Shown here: positions 53,381-64,000 of the stretch, in pieces
How positions within the stretch are numbered: position 1 is the first letter of the stretch
Layout of the letters: each line of letters opens with the position of its first letter
Origin: Basidiobolus meristosporus CBS 931.73
Lineage: Eukaryota > Fungi > Basidiobolomycota
DNA length: 64,000 nucleotides
Direction of reading: 5' to 3'
NCBI GenBank assembly: GCA_002104905.1
Contig: MCFE01000443.1
Coordinates: forward strand, 9,790-73,789
Translations under genes and position numbers: made by a program
The notes under the pieces: generated by a model
Told to the model about the DNA's origin: nothing
Databases searched by the model: none
Seen by the model: only the letters and a program-made list of their open reading frames with translations

Positions 53381-55040
53381 ATAAAGCAAGGAAAGCACTA
53401 TTCTGAGCAACATAAGTAAGATTGAGTAAAATTACCAGTAACTGTATCATACCACTGGCATCATGGTAGAAATTATAGTGCCAGATAGTGCTGTAGAGTG
53501 CCAGATTGATCCGGCACCATAAACAGGCTGGCACTATGTGGCACTACCCAATGGAACAAGTCTACTAATTGGAGCCCATGAGAAGTACTTAGGTTAGTGG
53601 ATAATCTATAATATCTTACCAGTTCTTTCAATTTCTCCAGTATTTCAAAGGGATCATTTAGCTTGAAATGCCCCATGTACAACTTGATCATCAGTATAGG
53701 GATATTTTTGAAAAGCAAATGCATTGCTCCCAGTGGAAAGTTTTTGCTCCAACAGATACCCTCTATCTTAAGTATCTCTGGTTTCCAGTTGATTCCATAT
53801 TCCGGCCAATGGCTTAAAGCTTGCCAACTTTGCTGCAATTGCATGCTTACTTCTGTACATTCTCTCTGTGGAAAGATGATGTTCTTAGTGCTGATGTTTG
53901 GGTGATAATAATGTGTGTGAGTTATAGAGTAAATCCCCTGAATCCCACACATTTGACAGCAATACTGTCCATTGTGCTGGGAAAAACCTGCTATCTTGCT
54001 GATGGCTGGGGTATCTCCAATGCAGATAATAATATGCACTTTTACAGGATGGCCATTTACTGTTATCCCGCTAGAAAGCATACAAAGTCCATCCAGCAAT
54101 GGATACCAGTTGATATCCAGGCTGGATGGTGATTTAGCCCCAAATACCAGTGAGACTGCCATCAGATTATTGCTCTGATACTGTAAGATGGGCAGCAGAT
54201 TTGGATTGATGAGAATCAGTGGCCAGCAGGATTTGCTGGCAGAGTACTTGTTTAATGAGAATCCATCAAGTGCTAAAGCAAAGGCATGGTCATACATACC
54301 TCCAAAGTAGCCCTTGCATCTTAGCTGTTTGTAATGTTTGCCATCAAATATATTGGATATGTTTGCGCTTGATTGATACTGAATGCGGTACTGTATAGCT
54401 TGGCAATATTTGTTGGACTGCATCAGCTTCCTCAGACAGGGTATGACTGGAATATGTCCGGAGTGTGAACAATGTTTTCCCTCAATGGTGGTGGATTCCT
54501 GACAATTTGGACATGTTGCAATGGTAGCATTTTTGGATGTGAATGCCATGCAACTGTTAACACATGCTGGAATCAGGATAGTCTCTGGACCATATGTTGC
54601 CAGCCCCATGATGGTTGTCCACTTGTACCATACATGGTAAGTTGCATCCCGGAATGAATTTGGCATGAAGTAGTAATAAATCCACAAAGCCCTGAATACT
54701 GATATGAGTGGAGATACACCACTTCTCTAGCCACAACATTACATCATTCACCAGTAGATGGATTACTGGGCTCACTTGGCTTCATAAAGTATCCTTGGCA
54801 TTTGTTTCAACAGGTGTTGTCTCATTGCATATAGGGACTTGACCGGGCTCATACGTGGTACTGTTGTTAGGGGAGATAGGCACAATATCCATCAGTGAAC
54901 CTTCTTTGTCAGAGCTATCACACGGTATGCCATATTCAGAAGGCTGAGGCAAGCCTAAAGGTGTCATAAACTCACCTGACTCAGTTTATGCAAGGTGACA
55001 AAGATGGCCAGGTGCTGCTGTAGAAGTATCAACTGGCCAG

Positions 55041-55149
55041 TGTGGTGGTGTAGAGGTACTCCTGGGAGAAGCTACACAACTCAAGGTGTGTGAGGTGTCT
55101 GATGGGTGCAGTAACCTCTCGGTCTAAACTGCTGGTCTCTTTGTCAATA
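55041..55149 (-). mobile_element. End fragment of a further LTR of the same gypsy family, interrupted by PHIS copy 2
   Basis: Near-identical to 50931-51039 and breaks at the PHIS TIR. Confidence 0.88.
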
Positions 55150-58040
55150 GACTTGTTCCATCATACCGTGCCAGGGCGCACGGTGCAATCTGCGGTTGCA
55201 AAGAACAATTGGGCGCAATATTATAGCTACCAGAAGTCAGGATTGTTCTTGGATGATTTTGCACTATGTGGGACGATCTCGCACACTATGGCACAATCTG
55301 ACACAATGAGGTTGGCGCGGATGATTGTGCCAACTTGTAATGTTTGCATCACGTGCGCAATTGGATACCGCTATAATAGCAGGTAAAATCCGGTATTTGG
55401 ATATGTTTCTTTAATGTAAATGGAAATAAATGTGTATCACACTATAAACTACACTGATACTTACCATTTTGGTTACCCTCACTCCAATTGGACGGTATCT
55501 CAGTGGTTAATTGGTCCAAAAGTATCCTGAAGCTGGCAGCCCCCAATTGGCTCATTGACTACTGAAAAAGCTACCTGATTTGCCATTAAATATCCCATTT
55601 TGCCCATTGAGCAAGTAAATGCCTGATCCTAGTGATTGGACAAGGTGTCATAGCTAGCACGCAAGCAATTGTGTAGGTGCAAAACAGATCCAATAGCTGC
55701 ACTGGTAGTACAGATGACATATATATATGCAGGGTGTTTATTTATAGGGGTTCTGTCTCAAATGTGAGACAACCTTGATATTACTTGTATCAAAAATTTG
55801 ATGATCACTGATTTGCAATGGCTTGATTTGGATCGCAAAAAAAAAGGGTTGTCGGGATCATTACAAATGTGAGCAATTCAAAGCAATCGCATCATCTTCT
55901 CCTGGGTTTTTTTCTCACAGGGATTACTACTGAAGCATTTGGTAGTGACTCACTTTGCACACCTATACTGCTTCCTGGCTGACTATCATCTTGGCTACTT
56001 GTGTATTCGTAGTCAGTATTTTGCCTCCTAGTTGATGAGTGCAATGCTGCAGCTTGGCCGTGCTGAATTGCTCCGACTAAACCAACTGAACCAACCTGTA
56101 GTGCCACGCGCTGATGCGTTCTTTTACTTGCCAAGGGCTCCGGTGGTTGAGGCACTTCATGTTGGTCATCATCAGTCAGTTCACCAGAAGTAACTCGCTG
56201 ATGGTCAGGCAAGAAGGCATGCGCAGGCGCGCCTTGACGCGTTGAGATGGCCCTTGGCTGAGTTTGATGTGATGCCGCATGTTGACGTGACTTGGTCCGC
56301 TCCAATGGACTTGTGTCTAAATGAGCAGTTTGGCGAGTTCTTGTAGTTTTGCTCTGAAGCGCGCGCGTTGACCCAACGCGGGTTGACTCAATGCGCATTG
56401 ACTCAACTCGGGGCGTTCTGGCAAAGGGTGTTGGCGTACTCTGGACTGACGTGTGCCGGCATGCTGTGGTTGCAAGAGATGGTAGGGAATCCAGCAAGGT
56501 GTGCTGGCACAATCTGGACAATGTTGCTCGTGGTCTGTATTCTTCCTCCTGAAGCTCACCATCTGATTCCTCAAGGTATTCACTTACCCTCTGTCTGATA
56601 CTTTGGAGCTGTTGCCTGGATGAGTCCTGTGTATATTGCTCTCAGAAGCCACTTAGCTCTACTAATATATCACGTAGTACATTAGTCATTTGAGGCAAAA
56701 ACTCATTCAAAATCTCTTTGGTTCCCAAAGTTGAGGCACAAACGGACGCATCCGGCCCGTACTGCGCAAATTGCGCGCGAAATTGTTCCCGCACGGCTTC
56801 TTTGTCAAATCCCCTCACTCTCAGCTCATTCTTGATTTCAATACTTGTCTGGTTATATATCTTTTTACATACATTGGCTGGCATCTTGATGTAGAACTCA
56901 TGCCACAGCTTTCTACTCAGATTCTTCCATCTTTGTCAGCTCTCCAAGGTATCTAGTTCTGCTAGATTAATCAGTAGTGCCCAAATATCTGTATGAAGGC
57001 TCATCATAGACACTTGGGCCATACTAAAATCATTTGGCGAGAACTCAAACGGATCCAACATCGACTTTTCCAGTCCGGACCGCGCTTGTGAGCTGGGGGA
57101 TGGGTTTTGTCTGGGTTGTACTAAAGATGAGTTGAGGCTTGGTATGGGGACCATAGCAACGGATTTGGATACTTATACAGCAGTATATTGGTATCAACCT
57201 GGTCTTATATGAAATATATATGAAAACCAAAGTGATTGTTGAATTTTCCATATATTATGCATGATGCATCTTGGATCGCGTTGACACGGATCAGATCACA
57301 TCAATCGCAGATTTCCTATTTGATTATAGACCTATGATTAAACCATCAATAAAAGTACCAAGGCATTGTTTGCGGATGATTTTTGCGACATAATGATGGG
57401 ATACATGGCAATTGATGGAGATTTAACCAAAATGTGTTAAAAATCAGATAAATAATGCAGATTGCACCAAATCGATTCAAACCGCCTCCATACAATCATC
57501 CATCAATTTTAATATGACTTACTCATCTGAATGGTCTTTTCTCATCAATCCCATCACTACTACTGGATTTACTTTTGACAAACTGGAGGAGATCTATACC
57601 AAGTACGGTGGACCATCAACCCCAATCTACTCAAGGAGATCCCTTGTTAAGCTTCTCTGCTATTACAAGAACTATTGCCCTACAAGGTTTCATCCCACCA
57701 TCCATGGCAACAAAAGTCCTAGAAGCTTTCATTCCCAGCTGACAGCAATGGAGAACCACCTTGCAGAGGGTATGAATGACTTAGAGCAAGCTTGGAATAC
57801 TAGGTTCAGAAGCTCCAATAGACTTCCATATCCCAGAGTGTTCAGCAACAGGTTCCATATAAGGAGTATTTTGGATACCTTCCCAGTGAGGATTAACAGA
57901 CCTTCTGGAGGGCAGAGGCACTTTTATTCTGGCAAGTACAAGGCACACTGTGTGAAGTTTCAAGCACTGTCTGACATTGAGGGTAACATCATCTGGTTTA
58001 GTGGGCCATTTGCTGGAAGTAGGCATGACAACGCACTCTG
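55149..58040 (+). mobile_element. PHIS DNA transposon copy 2; transposase (from 57514) cut at 58040 by a gypsy insertion
   Basis: Left TIR AGACTTGTTCCAT; colinear with 49354-53040 minus the solo LTR; homology ends at ...GSRHDNAL. Confidence 0.9.
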
Positions 58041-60988
58041 TGTCATGATCACATGACAACCATGAACACCCATGCCAAGTTTTGGCTTCCTAGCTCAATT
58101 TCTAAGAGATTCCTTCTGGAACCTTCTACCACCTTCCAGAAAGTTCCTGACCATTCCAAACCATTGTTACACAATGGAACATTCCATGGAAGCTTTCCAT
58201 TGTATTTTTCATAGTCCAGTACCATATATGGAAATACCAGGTCACATGACTTAGTCACATGATCAGGTGACCCAATCCATTTCCCCATCCTGTCTCAGTG
58301 CCGTGTCATCTATGTCATTATCCCCAGCACCATTGCTGTGCCTCACCCCACAACCCCATTAGTATTAGCTAATATCTCTTGGCATCAGTATAGCCAAAAA
58401 GTATATATAGTCCTATCCCCCCTTAAGTATTCCTCAGTCTGATAAACACAGGTCTTGAATAAACAGCCTTGCCTTGAATCCTGCCTTGCCTTGATGGTCC
58501 ACACCTAAGTCCTTTTCTGCCGTGCCTAGCTTTTCCTCCTGCCTTGTGTCTATTCATAACAGTTTTATCAGACTCTCCTGACTTACCTGTGGATCCCTGC
58601 CTTCTGCCCAAAGTTCAAAGAAAACTTGTAAAAGGAATACTTACCGTAAGTATCACCCATCATTTTTCCCTAGTCTTGTCCTATAAAGGCAAAGATACTT
58701 TATCTTTGTAAAACTATTGATCAAAGCTGCATTCACTTTATTACCCTGCTGGTGGAGTTTACAGTTGTTACAGTATTGGAAGCTTTAGTACAATACTCTA
58801 TCAAAGGATGTTGAAACCAGTACCTTCTGAAGTGACGCTAACTTATTTAAGTTGGGGATTGTGGCTCAATAGTTGTATTCTTGACATACTAGTGGCTTTA
58901 CAAACCCACAATCTAGTTTAGTATATTCCAGTATTCCTTGCAAGTTCATCCGCCTTCCTCTGCTACCATGTCCAACCTAGAGCTGAACTTTGCCCAGCTC
59001 ATGGCTGCCTTTACCCAACTGCAGCAAGACCATGCAGACCTCAGAAACACTCTTGCTCAGTTCCAGAACCAAAGTGTCCAGCAAACTAGCCATGTCCCAG
59101 TCTACCAAGAACCCAAGTATACTCCTGCTACCAAGTTCAATGGCTCTCAGAATAAATTCCGTGGCTTCATCAACATGGTGAAGAACAATCTTGCACTCCA
59201 GCCCAACCGGTACACCACTGACCAGGCCAAAGTTGGTTTCATCTCCAACCTGCTTACTGGTACAGCTCTCAAGTGGTTCTCCCCATTAGTGGAGACCAAC
59301 TCTCCCCTACTCAGAGACTACCAAGCTTTTCTCACAGAAATGGAGCTAACGTTTGGTAATCTTGACCAAGCCAGAACTGCTGCCAACAAGATCAAGACCC
59401 TCAAGCAAGGGAACAAACCAGCATCAGTATATGCCTCAGAATTCTGACAACTCTCCAGTGACCTCAGCTCCTGGGGTCAAGCAGTCTTGATAAGCCAATT
59501 CCAAGATGGCCTCAATGATGAAGTTTGTGATCTGCTACTCACACTCCCAGATCCAGATACATTGGTTGAAGCTATGCACCAAGCAATCCGGTGTGATAAC
59601 AGACTATTCCAGAAGAAGCAAAAGAACCATCAAAGACACATTCCTGTTGCAGTCCCAGCCCCTCCTGCTCCCCAAGTCACTCCAGAAGATCCTATGCAGA
59701 TTGATAGTGCCAAATACAAGAAACTATCAAAGAGTGAAAAGTCCAGACGTCAACAAGCCAACCTCTGTCTATACTGCGGCCAACCAGGTCACTTTGCCAA
59801 GTCCTGCCCCAACAAGAAGTCCAGCTTCAAGCTGATGCAGTCCTCCAGCAACCAACCTGATCCAGATCTGTCGGGAAACTCCAATGTCCAGTTGCACTGA
59901 CAGGCTTGCAACTGGACCCACCCATGAAAATCCAGCATATCCAAGCATCTTCCTTTGCCACAAAATCTATCCAGTCCTTGAGAATGCCTGTCAAAATCCA
60001 GATCCCTGACTCCAGTCCTGTCCCAGCCCTAGCCCTGATTGATTCCGGTGCTTCATCCTGTTTCATTGACCAAGCCTTTGTCCAGAAGCACTCTATTCCT
60101 GTTACCTTAAAATCCTGTCCAGTCCAAGTAGAAGTTATTGATGGAAGATCACTCTCCTCTGGTGCTGTTACCCATGAAACATGCTTACTCCAGCTGTCCA
60201 GTACTGCCCACCAAGAAAGAATCGCCTTCAACATCATCAACTCACCACACTATCCTATTGTGCTTGGAAGCTCATGGTTGAGCTACCACAATCCAAGTAT
60301 TGATTGGAAATCCAAGATCCTGTCATTCACCAGATCCCACCAAGTCAACTCCATGAAATCTCCAGACCCTGATAACCGTGAAAAGACGGTTGCCAACAGT
60401 TCAACAGCCCAAGATACCTTGCCAGCTGAAGGAGCCCCCTCAGCAACTATACCAGCCAAGTACCAAGAGTTTGCCCATGTCTTTGACAGGAAGAAAGCAG
60501 AACTCCTCCCTGACCATCGGCCTTATGACTGCCCTATTGACCTTGAAGATGGAAAAGTCCCTCCATTTGGCCCAATATATAACCTCTCCCAGCCGGAGTT
60601 GAAAGAACTTCAAGGTTATATTCAAGAAAACCTCCAGAAGGGTTTTATTCAGCACTCCAAATCACCTGCTGGAGCCCCAATCCTCTTTGTCAAGAAGAAG
60701 GATGGCACCCTCAGAATGTGTGTGGACTACCGTGCTTTGAATAAGATCACAGTCAAGAACCGCTACCCCTTGCCCCTGATCAACACACTGTTGGATCAGC
60801 TATCTGCTGCCCAAGTCTTCACCAAGATAGACTTGAGAGGAGCTTACAATCTTGTCAGAATCAAGCCTGGTGATGAATGGAAAACTGCCTTTCGCACAAG
60901 ATATGGTCACTTTGAGTACAAAGTAATGCCATTTGGCCTCACCAATGCCCCTGCTGTGTTTCAACACCTCATGAATGACATATTCCGT
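58041..60988 (+). mobile_element. Ty3/gypsy retrotransposon of PEG10/sushi/Tf2-like type: 5' LTR (about 58041-58886), gag, protease, RT 5' part; interrupted at 60989
   Basis: TGTCA...TGACA LTR; capsid KFNGSQNKFRGF...LTGTALKWF; CCHC CLYCGQPGHFAKSC; ALIDSGAS; [11 protein letters not shown]...[12 protein letters not shown]...[14 protein letters not shown]; internal TGA at 59445. Confidence 0.93.
59873..59917 (+). promoter_or_regulatory. -1 programmed ribosomal frameshift signal at the gag-pol junction
   Basis: Slippery G GGA AAC in gag frame, 6-nt spacer, perfect 11-bp hairpin GTCCAGTTGCA/TGCAACTGGAC; -1 frame opens into pol. Confidence 0.85.
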
Positions 60989-63900
60989 TGTGTTGGTGTA
61001 TAAGTCCAAGGGAGAGATACGTCCAACACTTCTCAAGTGTTTTGTGTGTGGGGTGTTCACTGGGTGCAATAACCTCTGGCAAAAGCTTGCTAGGAATACT
61101 TGGGTTCTGTCTCTAATCTAATGTGAAGGGGAATAAAGCCACAAGCTTGTCAAGGGAAAACTATTGAGCTACAATCCCCAACTTGGTTGGCGTCTTAACA
61201 AAAGTATGTGCTGGGTTCAGCGTCCTTTGAGATGACAATGTACTAAAGCTTCCAAAGTCAAAACAACTGTAAACTCCACCAGCAGGGACTTGATAAGAAT
61301 GCAGCTTTGGTCAATAGTTACAAAGACAGAAAAGTATCTTTGCCTGTACAAGAACAAACTTGGGAAAGAGTCAAATATAATAAAAGATACCTACTCTGAG
61401 TATTCCTCACAAGTAGTGCCTCCAAGGTCAGTTGGCTGTCAGCGCGGTTTCCTGGGAGTGTCCTGTGGTCTAGGGTTAGAAGTTCAGGTAGCAGCAGGTA
61501 GCAGTGATCACACTAATCAACAAGTTGGTATATTGATAAAAGGGATGATGATTTATTGTTGAGGGATAGCCTCCCTTATATACTTTTCTTACTGGCTAAG
61601 TGATTACTAATCATGGTGTTCCAGAAGGTTCCGGATATCAATAGAAATCTTAATGACATCAGAATGACCTAAGAATGTTCTAAGTAGGTGCCGCAAGGTT
61701 CTAAGAGGCACAGCACATCCAACCAATCAGGAATCAGTATTCTGAAACCTGTGTAACATGGGGATACCATGTATGGTATGGAAATGGTAGGGATGGTGAC
61801 ACAGGCTGATCATGTGTCACGGGTACTGGCGCGGGTACTTGCCTAATATAGAAGTACTTATAGCTAGTAATCTTACATAAAGTGAGGGGTAACTTATGCA
61901 ATAAGGTAAGCAGGTGTGATAGTCAACCGGCTTATGAGATAGTACTGATTGGGTAAGACAAATGGGATAAAACTAAAATAAGTGTAGTAGAGATATAGGG
62001 AAGTAGAAAATAAGGGAATGAGCACATCTGTCAGTGGGTGTCACTGTCACCCCACTACATCCACCCCCCTCTCAGCTTTGAACTTGGGTCAAAGCAAACT
62101 AATCTTGATGTGCAAAATTCCTATGCTTGAATAACTTAAGTCGATTTCCAGCAACTGGTGCTCTCAACTGGGTGTTGTCAAGCTCAGATATGTAATAACT
62201 TCCATTTCCAATCACTTTGGAAATGAGGTAGGGGCCAGTCCATTTGTTGTCAAACTTCCGACTCCATTGCTTGTCCAAGGTAGAATCATAGAGTAATACT
62301 GGGTCTCCTAGTGATAGTGGTTTTGGCCTTGTTGGGTGTGATTTGTCAAAGGGCACCTTGTTCTTTAGTCGTGTGTCCTTAAGTTGTTCAGCAGCTCTGC
62401 TAATATTCAAGTCATGGTGATCAAGTTGCTGTATGCGAGTTGCAAGGAGGTCTTCAGTCTGCATATTGGATCTCCAATTCAATGAGTTCCAAGTGACTGT
62501 GTTTAACTCAACTGGTAGTATGCAGTCATGTCCATAGAGTAGCTTGAATGGCGATAATCCAGTTGTTCTCTTGGTAGTAATTCTATCTGCCCAGAGTGCA
62601 AGATGTAATTGCTGTGGCCACAGTGTTGTGTTATTCTCACAGGCCTTGACAAGAGAGTTCACCAATGGTCCATGTCCTCTCTCTATCATTCCATTGGCTT
62701 GAGGGTGGTAAGCTGTTGTGAAAGCTATGTGTATCTTGTACTTTGAGCACAACTCCTGGATCATTTGGGATGTCATCTCTCCTCTGTCAGCAACAAACTG
62801 TTGGATGCAGCCAAATCTGCAGATGATGTCTTCAAGTATAAATCTCCATATGGTATGGCTCTTGTTGTTGGGCAAGGCTTGAGCCTCTGCCCATCCACTA
62901 AGGTCATCTCTAGCAACAATCAGGTACTTTTTTGATCCAGCTGTTGGCATGCGGACAAGGTCAATACCAACCTTTTGCCATAGACAGATTGTGTAAGTAG
63001 GATGCAGTGGTTCTTCATAACGCTTTGAGGATCTCTTCTGGCAGGCTACACATGACTCAACAAAGTGTTGGATATCATAGTACATGTTTTCCCAGTAGTA
63101 CCTCTGAGCTGTAGTATTGTATGTGGCTTCTCGTCCTCTATGTCCTCCTGGTTCTCCTTGGTGGATACTTGTCATGATGTTCAGTTGCTCTTGAGGGGTA
63201 GTGACTACTCTTCTTGGCATAAGTCCAGGTTTCACTCGCTTAAAGAGAAGATCATCTTTAAGATAGTAGTGGTGTGCCTTCTTCCTGAGTTTTCTAAACT
63301 CCTGAATATCCATCCAACTAGGTTTCTTAAGTGTCCTTAGATATTCCTTGATCAGACTCCAGGTAGTTCTCTCTTGGTCATTGATGGCAATCTGTCGGAT
63401 CTCTGCATCAATAATATCATCAAAGTGAGGGTCCAAGTCTTCAAATAATTGTGGTCCCTTCCTGGAGAGTGCATCAGCCACAACATTTGTCTTGCCAGGG
63501 ATATGTTTGACCTCAAAGTCAAACATTTTCAGCCATGCCATCCATTGGTTTGTGGCATCATCAGGTAGGTCAGGCTTGTTGATCATTCCTATCAGTGGCT
63601 TGGCATCTGTCTCCAGGATAAAATGTGTCATGTAGAGTTGTGACTTCAGTTTCCTCAGCATCTTCACAACTCCTAGTAGTTCTCTCTTAATCTGTGAGTA
63701 TCTTTGTTCTCTAGGAGAGAATAGGCAGCTCTCATATCTGCAGGCATAGCGGTTGCCATCTTCATCATCTTGTCCAAGTAGTGCTCCAGCTCCTATGGGG
63801 CTTGCATCCACTGTCAAAATAGGTGGGCATTCAGTGTTTTGATAGTCAAGAGGTCTCAGAACTGGTGGAGATACTAAGGCCTCTTTCAGTAATTGCATGG

Positions 63901-64000
63901 CTTCTTCTTGCTCTTCTCCCCAGATAAATGGGGTGTTCTTTCTCTGTAGTTGGTAAATTGGTTCTGCTATCTCAGAAAATCTTGGGATCCAGATCCTAAA
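60989..64000 (-). mobile_element. Second Ty3/gypsy family: RNase H-integrase ORF (62099 to beyond 63898), PPT and 3' LTR (60989-62059); continues past the window
   Basis: PILTVDASPIGAGALL, YSQIKRELLG, HHCC zinc finger, WQKVGIDLVRMP, TTAYHPQANGMIER, WTGPYLI; purine tract at 62060-62071 abutting TGTAGTGG. Confidence 0.93.

Larger units (their letters stand above)
49354..53563 (+). mobile_element. PHIS-superfamily (PIF/Harbinger-related, possibly Pangu-like) DNA transposon, copy 1, both ends present
   Basis: Terminal inverted repeats AGACTT(G/A)TTC(C/T)AT ... ATGGAACAAGTCT; DDE_Tnp_4-type transposase on + and a divergent second ORF on -; GTGCC/GGCAC subterminal repeats. Confidence 0.85.
43163..55040 (-). 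mobile_element. Degenerate CACTA/EnSpm-like (CMC) DNA transposon, fragmented by later insertions; other end outside the window
   Basis: Transposase pieces 53565-54687 (FALALDGF...SCWPLILIN...GHPVKVHIIICIGDTPAISKIAGF) and 48784-49353 (IHSLLHLAQCVENIGSCFTFWEFTMEWMCG); terminus CCCTATG at 43163 where Copia homology stops. Confidence 0.75.

Noticed and set aside
58851-58875. tRNA/SINE-like 5' end (GGGGATTGTGGCTCAATAG) inside the shared LTR module
   Set aside because: A-box-like only; no B box, no cloverleaf.
58041-62059. DIRS-like element with inverted terminal repeats
   Set aside because: No tyrosine recombinase; the inverted similarity is explained by two oppositely oriented Ty3/gypsy LTRs, each with its own pol and, for the second, a PPT.

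Overview
Eukaryotic (fungal) genomic DNA in two sharply separated halves. Bases 1-41.5 kb are gene-dense with short spliceosomal introns: syntaxin 3' end, RPS17, SEH1, VPS33, long-chain acyl-CoA synthetase, PEX14-like, YaeR-like glyoxalase, U2AF small subunit, a small bacterial-like protein, an HLH-zipper protein, CYC8/SSN6, YRA1/ALYREF, SelO/FMP40, NOP2, a tandem histone-fold-like protein, NOC2, RAD28/ERCC8, a small PP1-docking-motif protein, pantothenate kinase, PAB1 and a PGAP4-like glycosyltransferase. Bases 41534-64000 contain only transposons in a nest apparently six layers deep: Copia > CACTA/EnSpm-like > Ty3/gypsy LTR > PHIS (Harbinger-related) DNA transposon > PEG10/sushi-like Ty3/gypsy > second Ty3/gypsy, with further side insertions. 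U12-type introns and bacterial-like genes point to an early-diverging fungus, plausibly Basidiobolus-like; that assignment is inference. Highlights: two minor-spliceosome introns in VPS33 (one AT-AC), an intron-containing bacterial-type glyoxalase, an HLH protein lacking its basic region, a two-ORF PHIS transposon with an orphan divergent ORF, an LTR that carries the 3' end of another family's LTR, a 48-bp inversion between twin LTRs, and a PEG10-type -1 frameshift signal. All family assignments come from motif recognition by eye; no database search was run.
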